From Candidatus Latescibacterota bacterium (GTDB taxonomy: Bacteria > Latescibacterota > UBA2968 > UBA8231): a stretch of 64,000 nucleotides of DNA. This document shows, one piece after another, positions 1 to 10,004 of this stretch; the stretch's first letter is position 1, and each line of letters begins with the position of its first letter. Made by a program: the position numbers and the translations under genes. The stretch covers positions 352,001 to 416,000 of the forward strand of contig OZ220090.1 in assembly GCA_964291625.2 (NCBI GenBank), read 5' to 3'. A model generated the notes under the pieces. It searched no databases, was not told the DNA's origin, and was given only the letters and a program-made list of their open reading frames with translations.

Positions 1-238
1 GCCGGCTGATCTCGGACTCCGGCCCCAGGGACGGCGGCGGCGGCCTGTGGCTGGGCCGCCTGCCCGCCGACGGCCTGTCCCGGTCGAGGACTGGACGTGG
101 CTGCTGAACCCGCGCTCGACGTGGCGCAAGGAGAGCCATATCCACCCCTTCCTGTCGCCGGACGGACGCGCCGGGTTCTTCAACTCCGACGAGAGCGGCG
201 TCCACCAGTGCTACATGGTGAGGGGCTGGGAAGACTGA
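1..238 (+). CDS. C-terminal part of an oligogalacturonate lyase/TolB-like beta-propeller protein (5' end outside window; apparent frameshift near 80)
   Basis: Ends ...HIHPFLSPDGRAGFFNSDESG.., the HP-FSPDG-FNSD blade typical of this family. The upstream reading RLISDSGPRDGGGGLWLGRL is in another frame. Confidence 0.55.
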   Translation, partial: PADLGLRPQGRRRRPVAGPPARRRPVPVEDWTWLLNPRSTWRKESHIHPFLSPDGRAGFFNSDESGVHQCYMVRGWED

Positions 239-250
239 CCCCGGCCGAGC

Positions 251-1336
251 TCAGTTGCCGAAGCCCTCGCTGTCGTAGCGGGCGCGGATGCGGCCCTCGT
301 CCTCGAGGTTGGAGTTGCCGAGGATGGCGACCTCGAGCTGCTCCTTGTTGGACTCGGGGTTGGTGATGGGGCTGGTGTAGGTGAGCAGGTAGAAGCTCCT
401 CGACAGGTCGGTGATCTCCTTCTGGATCTCGAGGAAGGCCTGCTTCAGCTCGGAGAGGATGTCGGCCTCGAAGAAGCCCATGGTGCGGAAGGTGAGGCGC
501 CGCAGGGGCCCCCGTTCGAGGTCTTCGGTGTTGAGGGCGGCCACGTAGATCTTCTTGAGCTCGCCGTCGGAGCCGACCATGGCGTCGATGGCGTCCTCGA
601 CCTTCAGGCTCGGGTCGGCGTTGTGGAAGCCGTCGGTGAAGACCACCAGGCTGCCGTCGACGATCCCGGTGAGGGAGACCCGGTCCTCCCACAGGCCGGC
701 CACGTCCATGATCGCCCCGTAGAGGTTGGTCGAGGGGATCAGGTCGTCCTCGGGGATCGAGGCCACGGCGCCGGCCAGGACCGCGGGGTCGGAGGTGAAG
801 TCCTGGATCCGCCGCGTCTCGCTGTCGAAGACGTAGATGGCCATCTCCTGGTTCTCGCTGATGCTCTCCACCAGGAAGGTGACGGCCTCCTTGATCTGCG
901 GCACCTGGCCGCGCACGCTGGAGCTCATGTCGAGGAGGAGCACCGTGGGGATGGTGAAGGGAATCGCCGAAGTGCTCACCGTGAGGTCGGACTCGACGCC
1001 GACCTTGCGGCCGTTCTCGGCGACGACGAAGTCCGCCTCGCTCAGGCCGGGGACGCCGCGGCCCCCGTCGTCCTTCACCTGCAGCAGGAGGCCCACCTCG
1101 CGCGCCTGCGGATCGACGGAGAGCTCGTACTCGGTGAGGTAGTAGAACCGTTCGGAGTCGTATTCGCAGCTGCCGTCGTCGCTGTTGGCGGAACGCGAGT
1201 AGTTGGTGCCGGCTATGTCGGTGCAGCCGGGAATCTCCGGCTCCTCGGGGATGTCGACGGGGTTCTTGCCGCCGCCCCCGCAGCCGATGGCAAGGGCCGC
1301 TGCCAGGCCTGTCAGGGAGAGCACTCTTCGTGTCAT
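251..1336 (-). CDS. von Willebrand factor A domain lipoprotein
   Basis: Lipobox-like ALAIGC; GCTD..GTNY...ANSDDGSC motif; MIDAS DMSSS...T...VFTDG. Confidence 0.8.
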   Translation of the reverse strand: MTRRVLSLTGLAAALAIGCGGGGKNPVDIPEEPEIPGCTDIAGTNYSRSANSDDGSCEYDSERFYYLTEYELSVDPQAREVGLLLQVKDDGGRGVPGLSEADFVVAENGRKVGVESDLTVSTSAIPFTIPTVLLLDMSSSVRGQVPQIKEAVTFLVESISENQEMAIYVFDSETRRIQDFTSDPAVLAGAVASIPEDDLIPSTNLYGAIMDVAGLWEDRVSLTGIVDGSLVVFTDGFHNADPSLKVEDAIDAMVGSDGELKKIYVAALNTEDLERGPLRRLTFRTMGFFEADILSELKQAFLEIQKEITDLSRSFYLLTYTSPITNPESNKEQLEVAILGNSNLEDEGRIRARYDSEGFGN

Positions 1337-1417
1337 CGCTCGGGTTCTTCCACTCCTTCCGCCCTTGGATAACCACGTTCCCGCAGAATGTCAAGCAAGG
1401 GGAGGGGGCCCCGAGTC

Positions 1418-1446
1418 TTGAGCAAGTGCGGGCCCCGGGATAAGAT
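1418..1446 (+). promoter_or_regulatory. sigma70-like promoter for the membrane protein gene
   Basis: TTGAGC-17 bp-TAAGAT upstream of 1474. A divergent TTGACA lies on the minus strand at 1394-1389, upstream of the vWA gene. Confidence 0.5.
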
Positions 1447-1473
1447 GAAGAGCGCCATGGACAAGACCATCCG

Positions 1474-3420
1474 ATGACGGAGCACCCCCCCCCGGGCACA
1501 GGTCCGGTGCGGGCTCCGCGCACCCTGGTGGCCGGCTCGGCCATGTGCGTGCTCATCGCCGCCTGGGGGCCCTACAACCTTCTCGTGCACCGCGGGTCCT
1601 GCCTGACGATCGACTTCTCCACGGGGGCGGCGATCGCCGTCCTGTTCTTCGCCGTCTTCTTCCTCAACGGCCTGCTGCGCGCCTTCCTCCCGGGGCTGTC
1701 CCTCTCCTCCGGCGAGCTCTCCATCAGCTACCTGATGGCGGCGATCGCCTGCTCGATCTGCACCATGGGGCTGACCCTGCAGCTGGTGCCCCTGGTACCG
1801 GCCATGGACTACCTGGCCTCGCCGGAGAACGAGTGGGCCCGCGACATCCTGCCCTACGTGCCCCACTGGCTGCGGCTGCAGGGGGAAGACGTGATCCTCG
1901 GCTTCTACGAGGGCCTCTCCGAGGGCGAGTCGATCCCGTGGGGGGCCTGGGCGAAGCCGCTGCTGGCGTGGATGCCGGTGATCATCGGCCTCTACCTGGT
2001 CATGATCTCCCTGGCCGTGCTCTTCAGCCGCCAGTGGATCGAGCACGAGCGCCTCGCCTACCCCCTGGCCCAGGTGCCCCTGGTCATGACCTCCCAGGAG
2101 GAGGGCCGGGCCCTGAACGCCTTCTTCCGCAACCCGGTCATGTGGCTGGGCTTCTCCGTGCCCTTCACCAACACCGGCCTGAACGGCCTCCACTTCTACC
2201 ACCACTTCGTGCCGAATTTCTATCTGAACACCCACATCAACCTCTTCCACGACATGCCCGCCCTGTGGTTCAACCTCACCTTCCCGATGATGGGCTTCGC
2301 CTACCTGGTCCATCAGGAGGTGGCCCTGAGCGTCTGGCTGTTCTACCTGGTGGGCTACGCCGTCTCCGGCGTCTTCGCCCAGGTCGGCATCACCCGGAGC
2401 GTGACGCTGGACTACTACGCCCAGGCCGACGGCGGTCCGATCTTCTCCTACGTCCAGTTCGGCGCCCTCATGGCCCTGGTCGGCTATACCCTGTGGACGG
2501 CGCGGGGGCACCTGCGCGGCAGCTGGCGGGAAGCCTGGCGCTCGTCGACCTCCTCGGCCGGGGACGCCATGTCCATGCGCAGCGTCTACGTGCAGCTGAT
2601 CCTGGGGCTGGTGCTGATGACGGGATGGTTCGTCGCCGTGGGCGTGCCTCTCTGGGCGGGAGCGGCCTTCGTCCTGGTGATGACGGCCACCTTCCTGGGG
2701 ATCACCCGCATCCTCTGCGAGGCGGGGCTGGCCCGGACCCGGGCGCAGCTTCCCACGCCCACGGTGCTGCGCTCCATGGCCGGCACCGCCCACCTGGGCC
2801 CGGCCGGGACGATCGGCGTCCTGGGCTACGGGCAGGTCTGGATGAGCGACGTGCGCACCTTCGTCATGGCCGCCACCGCCAACGGCCTCAAGCTGACGGC
2901 CTCGATCCGGGGCAAGGCCCTGGTCCTGGGGAGCACGGTGCTGGCGGTGGTCCTCGCCCTCGTCGCGTCGATCGGGTCGACCCTCTACTTCGCCTACGAG
3001 AGCGGCGCCCACAACGCCAACAGCTGGTTCTTCATCCGCGCCCCCCGGTACATCGTCGACTTCGCCGCCGGGTACGTGCGGGAGCCGGCGGCCGTCGACG
3101 TGGCGGGCATGGGGCTGATGGGGCTGGGCGGGGCGGGCATGCTCGGCCTCTACTGGATCCGCGCCCACTTCATGGGCTTTCCCATCCACCCCCTGGGGCT
3201 CGCCGTCTCGCAGATGGCCCTCACCCGCCACCTGTGGTTCGCCATGTTCGTCGTCTGGCTGCTGAAGGCGGTCATGATCCGCTACGGCGGCCCCCGGCTG
3301 CTGCTGCGGGTGCGGCCCTTCTTCCTCGGCTTCATCCTCGGGGAGTTCGTGGCCCTCGCCACGTGGCTGATGATCGACCTGGCCACGGGGGCCCAGGGCA
3401 ACAGCCTCTACAACGTCTGA
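1474..3420 (+). CDS. Polytopic membrane protein, DUF6785/DUF6784 (OPT-like putative peptide transporter) family
   Basis: 648 aa with many TM helices; motifs RQWIEHERLAYPLAQVP, FPIHPLG, RYGG...RPFFLGFILGE. Confidence 0.75.
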   Translation: MTEHPPPGTGPVRAPRTLVAGSAMCVLIAAWGPYNLLVHRGSCLTIDFSTGAAIAVLFFAVFFLNGLLRAFLPGLSLSSGELSISYLMAAIACSICTMGLTLQLVPLVPAMDYLASPENEWARDILPYVPHWLRLQGEDVILGFYEGLSEGESIPWGAWAKPLLAWMPVIIGLYLVMISLAVLFSRQWIEHERLAYPLAQVPLVMTSQEEGRALNAFFRNPVMWLGFSVPFTNTGLNGLHFYHHFVPNFYLNTHINLFHDMPALWFNLTFPMMGFAYLVHQEVALSVWLFYLVGYAVSGVFAQVGITRSVTLDYYAQADGGPIFSYVQFGALMALVGYTLWTARGHLRGSWREAWRSSTSSAGDAMSMRSVYVQLILGLVLMTGWFVAVGVPLWAGAAFVLVMTATFLGITRILCEAGLARTRAQLPTPTVLRSMAGTAHLGPAGTIGVLGYGQVWMSDVRTFVMAATANGLKLTASIRGKALVLGSTVLAVVLALVASIGSTLYFAYESGAHNANSWFFIRAPRYIVDFAAGYVREPAAVDVAGMGLMGLGGAGMLGLYWIRAHFMGFPIHPLGLAVSQMALTRHLWFAMFVVWLLKAVMIRYGGPRLLLRVRPFFLGFILGEFVALATWLMIDLATGAQGNSLYNV

Positions 3421-3426
3421 CTCCCC

Positions 3427-4173
3427 TCAGCCCTCCCGTTCCTTCTTCCAGGCCTCGTACTCGGGACGCGCCTCCTCCGACAGGGGGTAATACTTCCTCA
3501 GGTGGCCGCCCTCGAGCAGCCGCAGGCGGCTGAACTCCTCCCACTCGGCGTGGGAGCCGGCGGCCTCCACGAGCTCGGCAGCCAGCTTCGCCGGCACCGC
3601 CACGACCCCGTCGTCGTCGGCGACGATGATGTCCCCGGGCAGGACCAGGCTGTCGTTGAGGGCGATGGGCACGTTCACCGCGTAGGGGAAGATGCTCGTC
3701 TGGGTGTGGAAGTTGGGGGTCACCCCCCGCAGCCACAGGCCCAGGTCGAGGTCCCGCTGCACGATGGGGTAGTCGCGGATGCAGCCGTCGACGACGACGC
3801 CGGCGCCACCGCGGCCCTGGAAGAAGGTGAGCATCATGTTGCCGAAGACGCCGCTCTTCATGTCGCCCCGGGCGTCGACGCAGACCACGTCGCCCGGCTG
3901 CGTGTGGTAGAGCACGTGGCGGTGGAGCTGCGACTCCGGGTCGGCGTACTCGTCCTGGTCGTACACGTCCTCGCGCTGGGGCATGAACTGCAGGGTGAGG
4001 GCCGGGCCGACGACGCTCTTTCCGGGGGTGAAGGGCACGGGCCCGAGGACGTGGGGGTCCTGGATGCCGAGGCGCTTGAGCTCACCGGCGGCGGTGGCCG
4101 AGCCGATCTCCCGGAGCCCGTCGATGATCTCCGGCGGCGGGCGCTCGATGTCGGGGGTGTGGGTGTCGGCCAT
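3427..4173 (-). CDS. RraA/HMG aldolase family protein
   Basis: VVGPALTLQFMPQRED, GVFGNMM, VVDGCIRD, VLPGDIIVADDDGVVAVP; purine-rich RBS before ATG at 4173. Confidence 0.85.
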   Translation of the reverse strand: MADTHTPDIERPPPEIIDGLREIGSATAAGELKRLGIQDPHVLGPVPFTPGKSVVGPALTLQFMPQREDVYDQDEYADPESQLHRHVLYHTQPGDVVCVDARGDMKSGVFGNMMLTFFQGRGGAGVVVDGCIRDYPIVQRDLDLGLWLRGVTPNFHTQTSIFPYAVNVPIALNDSLVLPGDIIVADDDGVVAVPAKLAAELVEAAGSHAEWEEFSRLRLLEGGHLRKYYPLSEEARPEYEAWKKEREG

Positions 4174-4321
4174 CTCTTCCTCCTCGCGGTTTCGGTGGGC
4201 CCCTGTCTTTGCCGGCGGGAGAAGGTAGGCAAGAACCCCGGCCCCATGGTGTCCACACTGACGTCCGGTTGACGGCCCCCGCGGCATGACGTTAGCTCCC
4301 TGACCGCCGAAGGCATCCCCC

Positions 4322-6169
4322 ATGAACGAAGCCCTCCTCATCGCCGCCGCCGTCGTCGTCCTCGCCGCGCTCCTCGCCCTGCGCAGACGGCGGGGGAGCG
4401 GCGGCCACCTCGACAGCTCCTACGACGAGTCCGAGGGCGAACGCCGCCTGCACAAGTGGGGATACTCGGACACCCGCTTCGAGTTCGACGGCCCGCGCAG
4501 CGTCCGGGTCACCGGATCCCGCTACCCGCTGGCCGGGTACAGCCTGCCGTTCTTCGTGCCCTTCGCCGAGGAGGTTCTCGGCGTGCCGATCACGCCCGGG
4601 GAGATGGTGCCCGAAGTGGAGCGCGGGCCCCTGCCGCCGGGGCGCCCCTGCGAGGCCTTCCTCGACGCCTGCCGGCAGCGCCTCGGCGAGGACCGCACCG
4701 CCACCGACGACGAGACCCGCCTCACCCACAGCCACGGCCAGCTCAGCGTCGACGAGATCTACCGCCTCCTCTACATCGGCAGCCTGCCGCGGGTGGCCGA
4801 CCTCGTGGTCTTTCCCGAGAGCGAGGAGGAGGCGCGCCGACTCGTGAGCCTGGCGGCGGAGCACGGCGTCTGCCTGGTGCCCTACGGGGGCGGCACCAAC
4901 GTCAGCGGCGCCCTCTCCCTGCCGCCGTCGGAGGAGCGCCCCATCGCCTCCGTCGACATGAGCCGCATGAACCGCATCCTGTGGCTGGACGAGGACAACC
5001 TGCAGGCCTGCGTCGAGGCGGGGATCACCGGCAAGGAGCTGGAGCGCCTCCTCGGGGAGCGCGGCTACACCACGGGCCACGACCCCGACAGCGTCGAGCT
5101 CTCCACCCTGGGGGGCTGGATCGCCACCAACGCCAGCGGCATGAAGAAGAACCGCTACGGCAACATCGAGGACATCGTCGTCGAGGCGACCCTGGCGACG
5201 CCGGCGGGGGAGGTCGAGTCCCGCCGCCCCACGCCGCGCAACTCCACCGGGGTGGCGCCGCGCCTCTGGCTCTTCGGCTGCGAGGGCAACCTCGGCCTGA
5301 TCACCAAGGCGGTGATCAAGATCCACCCGCGGCCCGAAGCGCGGGAGTACGGCTCCCTGGTCTTCCCCTCCCTCGACCACGGGGTCCGCTACCTGAAAGC
5401 CCTGCGCCGCGAGGGGGGCCTGCCGGCGAGCATCCGCCTGGTGAACAACACCGAGTTCCGCTTCGGTCAGGCCCTGAAGCCGGCGCCCTCGGCCGTGACC
5501 CGCGTCAAGACGGCGGTGCAGCGCTTCGTCCTGGCGCGGGTGAAGGGCTTCGACCTGCGAAGCCTGGCGGCGTGCACCATCGTCATGGAGGGCACCCGCC
5601 GCGAGCTGGCCTGGCAGAAGCGCATCATCTTCTCCCTGGCCAAGGGCTTCGGCGGCGTCAGCGGCGGCGCCCACAACGGCCGGCGCGGCTACATGCTCAC
5701 CTTCGCCATCGCCTACATCCGCGACTTCCTCAACCAGTTCCACATCATGGGCGAGACCTTCGAGACCTCGGTGCCCTGGGACCGCATCCATGACGTGACC
5801 GGCGCCGTCGAGGAGAAGCTCGCCGAGCAGTGCCGCAGCCACGGCGTGCGGGGGACGCCCTACCTGTCCTACCGCATCACCCAGACCTATCACACCGGGG
5901 TGTGCATCTACTTCACCATGGGCTTCAGCGGCAAGGACCTGGAGGCGCCCGACCGCGTCTACCACGACGTGGAGGCGAGTCTGCGGCAGGCGATCCTCGA
6001 CCACGGCGGCTCCCTGTCCCACCACCACGGCGTCGGCAAGATCCGCGCCGCCTTCCTGCCGGAGGTGCAGACCGAGGCCAGCCTGAAGATCCTGCGCGAG
6101 ACCAAGCGGGCCATGGACCCGGACGACGTCTTCGGCATCGCCAACGGCGCCCTCGCCGCCGACCGCTGA
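4322..6169 (+). CDS. agpS: Alkyldihydroxyacetonephosphate synthase (AGPS-like FAD-linked enzyme)
   Basis: PYGGGTNV, GHDPDSVELSTLGGWIATNASGMKKNRYGNIED, PASIRL, GYMLTFAIAYIRD, ETFETSVPWDR, RITQTY..GVCIYF, GSLSHHHGVGKIR are hallmark AGPS motifs; N-terminal TM helix. Confidence 0.85.
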   Translation: MNEALLIAAAVVVLAALLALRRRRGSGGHLDSSYDESEGERRLHKWGYSDTRFEFDGPRSVRVTGSRYPLAGYSLPFFVPFAEEVLGVPITPGEMVPEVERGPLPPGRPCEAFLDACRQRLGEDRTATDDETRLTHSHGQLSVDEIYRLLYIGSLPRVADLVVFPESEEEARRLVSLAAEHGVCLVPYGGGTNVSGALSLPPSEERPIASVDMSRMNRILWLDEDNLQACVEAGITGKELERLLGERGYTTGHDPDSVELSTLGGWIATNASGMKKNRYGNIEDIVVEATLATPAGEVESRRPTPRNSTGVAPRLWLFGCEGNLGLITKAVIKIHPRPEAREYGSLVFPSLDHGVRYLKALRREGGLPASIRLVNNTEFRFGQALKPAPSAVTRVKTAVQRFVLARVKGFDLRSLAACTIVMEGTRRELAWQKRIIFSLAKGFGGVSGGAHNGRRGYMLTFAIAYIRDFLNQFHIMGETFETSVPWDRIHDVTGAVEEKLAEQCRSHGVRGTPYLSYRITQTYHTGVCIYFTMGFSGKDLEAPDRVYHDVEASLRQAILDHGGSLSHHHGVGKIRAAFLPEVQTEASLKILRETKRAMDPDDVFGIANGALAADR

Positions 6170-6177
6170 GCCGCCCG

Positions 6178-7029
6178 GTGTCCGGGGAACCTTCGGTCGT
6201 CATCACCGGCGCCTCCTCCGGCCTGGGAGCGGCCCTGGCCGGCGCCTTCGCCCGCGACGGCGCCCGTCTGACGCTGATGGCCCGCCGGGCGGACCGCCTG
6301 GCGGAGGTCGCCGAGGCCTGCGGCCCCCGGGTGGAGACCGTGCCGGGGGACGTCACCGTCCCCGGTGACGGGGAACGGCTCGTGGAGGCTGCCGTCGCCG
6401 CCCACGGCGGCATCGACTGCCTCGTCGCCAACGCCGGCATGAGCATGTGGGCCCCCTTCGAGGAGGTGCGCGACCTGTCCCTGTTCCGCCGGCTCATGGA
6501 AGTCAACTATCTCGGCGCCGTGCACTGCGTCCACCCGGCGCTGCCCCATCTGAAGGAGAGCCGCGGGCAGTTCGTGGCGATCTCGTCGATCCAGGGCCGC
6601 GTGGGGGTGCCGCAGCACACGGGGTACTCGGCCTCCAAGCACGCCCTGCAGGGGTTCTGCGACGCTCTGCGCATGGAGCTGGAGGGCAGCGGCGTCGACG
6701 TCCTCACCGTGGTCCTGCACTGGCTCGGGGGCACGGAGCTGCGGGAGCAGGCCCTGGCCGCCGACGGCCGGCCCTTCGGCGAGGGCCGCCGCCGGCCGAG
6801 CCGCGACGCCATCGGCCTCGAGGAGACCTGCGGCGCCGTCCTGCGGGCGGTGAAGGAGCGCCGCCGCGAGCTGGTGATGCCCTGGAAGCTGAAGGCCCTC
6901 CTCGCCATCCGCGCCCTGAGGCCGCGGCTGTCGGAGGCGCTTGTGCGCCGGGCGGTGGACCGCCAGGGGGGCGAGGCCGTGGGGGAGGCGCCGGAGTCCG
7001 ACCCCGAGAGTGGAGAGGACCGGCCGTGA
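6178..7029 (+). CDS. SDR oxidoreductase, DHRS7B/PexRAP-like
   Basis: TGASSGLG, ANAG, VAISSIQG, YSASK catalytic motif; GTG start 8 bp after the AGPS stop. Confidence 0.8.
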   Translation: MSGEPSVVITGASSGLGAALAGAFARDGARLTLMARRADRLAEVAEACGPRVETVPGDVTVPGDGERLVEAAVAAHGGIDCLVANAGMSMWAPFEEVRDLSLFRRLMEVNYLGAVHCVHPALPHLKESRGQFVAISSIQGRVGVPQHTGYSASKHALQGFCDALRMELEGSGVDVLTVVLHWLGGTELREQALAADGRPFGEGRRRPSRDAIGLEETCGAVLRAVKERRRELVMPWKLKALLAIRALRPRLSEALVRRAVDRQGGEAVGEAPESDPESGEDRP

Positions 7030-7124
7030 ACCTCGGAATGATCGGGCGATTGCCCGCATCCGCAATCGTTGGCAAGTTTTCTCCCTCTCCGCCGCTCCCC
7101 TCACCCCGTCGAATCGGAAAACCC

Positions 7125-10004
7125 ATGACGCGCCGGCCATCCCTCGCCCCGACCCTTCCCCTCCTCGCCGTCGTCCTGTCCCTCGCCGGCTGCGCCGCCC
7201 GGCCCTCCGCCACCGGGACCGCCGCCGAGGCCGCCGCCGACAGCCTGGACCCGGTGCTGCCCGCCGATCCCAAGGTCACCCTCGGGACCCTCGACAACGG
7301 CCTGCGCTACGTCATTCGGGCCAACGCCAAGCCCGAGAACCGGGCCGAGCTGCGTCTCGCCCTCGACGTGGGCTCGATCCTGGAGACCGACGAGGAGCAG
7401 GGGCTGGCCCACTTCGCCGAGCACATGGCCTTCAACGGCACCACCCACTTCGAGAAGCAGGAGCTGTGGTCCTACCTGGAGTCGGTGGGGCTGCGCACGG
7501 GAGCCGACCTCAACGCCCACACCAGCTTCGACGAGACCGTGTACAAGCTCACCGTGCCCCTCGACTCGGTGCGGGTGGTGGAGCAGGCCTTCCAGATCTT
7601 CGAGGACTGGGCCCACGGAATCAGCTTCGACGGCGAGGAGATCGAGAAGGAGCGGGGCGTCGTCATCGAGGAGTGGCGCCGCGGCCAGGGCGCCGGCCTG
7701 CGCATGCTCTACAAGCAACTGCCCGTACTGTTCGCCGACTCCAGGTACGCCGACCGCATCCCCATCGGGCAGAAGGCGGTTCTCGACACCTTCCACCACG
7801 ACACGCTCCGCGAGTTCTACCGCCGCTGGTACCGGCCGGACCTGATGGGGTTCGTCGCCGTGGGCGACTTCGAGCCCGCCTACATGGAGAGCCTGATCAC
7901 CGAGTATCTGGGGAGGATCCCGGCCGCCGAAGAGGCCACGGTGCGGCCCGAGGCGCCGGTGCCCGATCACGAGGAGACCCTCTTCGCCATCGTCACCGAC
8001 CCGGAGGCCACCTCCAACGTCGTCCGCGTCATGCACAAGGAGGACCCGGGCGAGGACTCGACCCGGGGCGGCTACCGGCAGCGCCTGATCGAGAGCCTCT
8101 ACCACGGCATGCTCAACCGGCGGCTCTACGAGCTGACCACCAGGGCGGAGCCGCCCTTCCTCGGGGCCTTCTCCGGCGGCTACTACTCGGTGCGCACCAA
8201 GGAGATGATCCAACTCGCCGCCGGCGTCGAGAACAACGGTTTCGACCGCGGCCTGGAGGCCCTGCTCACCGAGGCCGAGCGCGTCCGCCAGCACGGCTTC
8301 ACGGCCACCGAGATGGCGCGCCAGAAGAAGGAGCAGCTGCGCGCCATGGAGCAGTCCTGGCGCGAGCGCGACAAGCTCCAGTCCCGGGGCTTCGCCGCCG
8401 AGTACGTGCGCCACCTGCTGGAGGGCGAGCCGATCCCCGGCATCGAGGGGGAGTACGAGCTCCACCAGGAGCTGCTCCCCACCATCACCCTGGAGGATGT
8501 GAACGAGCTGGCGGGGGAGTGGACCGGCGGCGGCAACCGCGTCATCACCGTCACCGCTCCCGACAAGGAGGGGGTCGGCGTGCCCACCGAGGAGGAGCTG
8601 CTCGCCATCCTGGAGATGGTCGCCGCCCGTCCGGTGGAAGCCTACGTCGACCAGGGCGCCGACCTGCCGCTGCTGCCCGACGAGCCCATGGGGGGGTCCG
8701 TGGCCTCCCGCGCCGAGATCCCGGAGCTCGGGGTCACCCGGTGGGAGCTGTCCAACGGGGTGCGCGTCTTCCTCAAGCCCACGGACTTCAAGAACGACCA
8801 GATCCTGTTCAGGGCGTACAGCCCCGGCGGCCACTCCCTCGTGGAGGACGAGGAGTTCGTCGCCGCCTCCACCGCCGCCACCGTGGTCACCGAGGGCGGC
8901 CTCGGGAACTTCGACAAGGTGGGCCTCATCAAGTGGCTCAGCGGCAAGGTGGTGAGCGTCTCGCCATACGTCTCGGAGCTGGAGGAGGGGCTGTCGGGCT
9001 CGGCCTCGCCCCAGGACGCGGAGACGATGTTCCAGATGATCCACGCCTACTTCACCGCCACGCGCTCGGACAGCGCCGCCTTCACCTCCCTCCACACCCG
9101 CCTGCGGGCGTGGCTGGAGAACCGCAGCGCCGACCCCGAGACCGCCTTCGCCGATACGGTCTCGGTGACCATGTCCCAGTACCACCACCGGGCCCGCCCC
9201 TGGTCGCTGGCCATGCTCGACGAGCTCGACCTGGAGGCCTCGGTGCGGATCTTCCGAGACCGCTTCGCCGACGCCTCGGACTTCACCTTCATCTTCGTCG
9301 GCAACTTCAGCGCCGAGGCGATGGAACCCCTGGTCAACCGCTACCTGGCGAGCCTGCCGGCGCCGGGACGCGGGGAGAGCTGGCGCGACGTGGACATCGA
9401 CCCGCCCGCGGGGGTGGTGACGAAGGTCGTCCGCGCCGGCATGGAGCCGAAGAGCCAGACCCGCATCCTCTTCACCGGCCCCTTCGACTTCGACGTGCGC
9501 GCCGACCGGATCCACCTGAGCCTGATGGCCCAGGCCTTCCAGATCAAGCTGCGCGAGGTCCTGCGCGAGGACCTGGGCGGCACCTACAGCGTCGGCGTGC
9601 GCGCCTCCCTCTCCCACTGGCCCGAGGAGCGCTACCAGCTGCGGGTGAGCTTCGGCAGCGACCCGGAGCGGGCCGAGGAGCTGAGCGCCGTGGTCTTCGA
9701 TCAGATCGACAGCCTGCGCTCCTCCGGCCTCGACTCGACGTACGTGGAGAGGGTCAGGGAGATCCGCCGCCGCGAGCACGAGGTCGCCCTGAAGGAGAAC
9801 AACTGGTGGCTCGGCAGCCTGCGCTATGCCGACACCCACGGGATCGACCCGCTGCTGATCCTCGACCGGTCCCTGGTGGAGGGGCTGACGGCGGCCGACG
9901 TGCACCGCATGGCGCAGCGCTTCGACACCGGCAACTACGCCCGGTTCGTCATGCTGCCGGCGCCGGTGGACAGCACCGCGGCCGAGGTGGAACCCGGGCC
10001 GTGA
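7125..10004 (+). CDS. M16 family zinc peptidase (PqqL-like) lipoprotein
   Basis: Lipobox LAGC; inverted zinc motif HFAEH; LDNGLRY, NAHTSFDETVY, LSNGVRV, LREDLGGTYS. Confidence 0.9.
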   Translation: MTRRPSLAPTLPLLAVVLSLAGCAARPSATGTAAEAAADSLDPVLPADPKVTLGTLDNGLRYVIRANAKPENRAELRLALDVGSILETDEEQGLAHFAEHMAFNGTTHFEKQELWSYLESVGLRTGADLNAHTSFDETVYKLTVPLDSVRVVEQAFQIFEDWAHGISFDGEEIEKERGVVIEEWRRGQGAGLRMLYKQLPVLFADSRYADRIPIGQKAVLDTFHHDTLREFYRRWYRPDLMGFVAVGDFEPAYMESLITEYLGRIPAAEEATVRPEAPVPDHEETLFAIVTDPEATSNVVRVMHKEDPGEDSTRGGYRQRLIESLYHGMLNRRLYELTTRAEPPFLGAFSGGYYSVRTKEMIQLAAGVENNGFDRGLEALLTEAERVRQHGFTATEMARQKKEQLRAMEQSWRERDKLQSRGFAAEYVRHLLEGEPIPGIEGEYELHQELLPTITLEDVNELAGEWTGGGNRVITVTAPDKEGVGVPTEEELLAILEMVAARPVEAYVDQGADLPLLPDEPMGGSVASRAEIPELGVTRWELSNGVRVFLKPTDFKNDQILFRAYSPGGHSLVEDEEFVAASTAATVVTEGGLGNFDKVGLIKWLSGKVVSVSPYVSELEEGLSGSASPQDAETMFQMIHAYFTATRSDSAAFTSLHTRLRAWLENRSADPETAFADTVSVTMSQYHHRARPWSLAMLDELDLEASVRIFRDRFADASDFTFIFVGNFSAEAMEPLVNRYLASLPAPGRGESWRDVDIDPPAGVVTKVVRAGMEPKSQTRILFTGPFDFDVRADRIHLSLMAQAFQIKLREVLREDLGGTYSVGVRASLSHWPEERYQLRVSFGSDPERAEELSAVVFDQIDSLRSSGLDSTYVERVREIRRREHEVALKENNWWLGSLRYADTHGIDPLLILDRSLVEGLTAADVHRMAQRFDTGNYARFVMLPAPVDSTAAEVEPGP

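Noticed and set aside
6941-10000. Very long alternative-frame and antisense ORFs (e.g. 5' parts of 6941-11044 and 23926-28893; 36314-40168 minus; 42270-45578 minus)
   Set aside because: Arg/Gly/Pro-rich shadow frames expected in GC-rich DNA; the real genes with family motifs occupy other frames.
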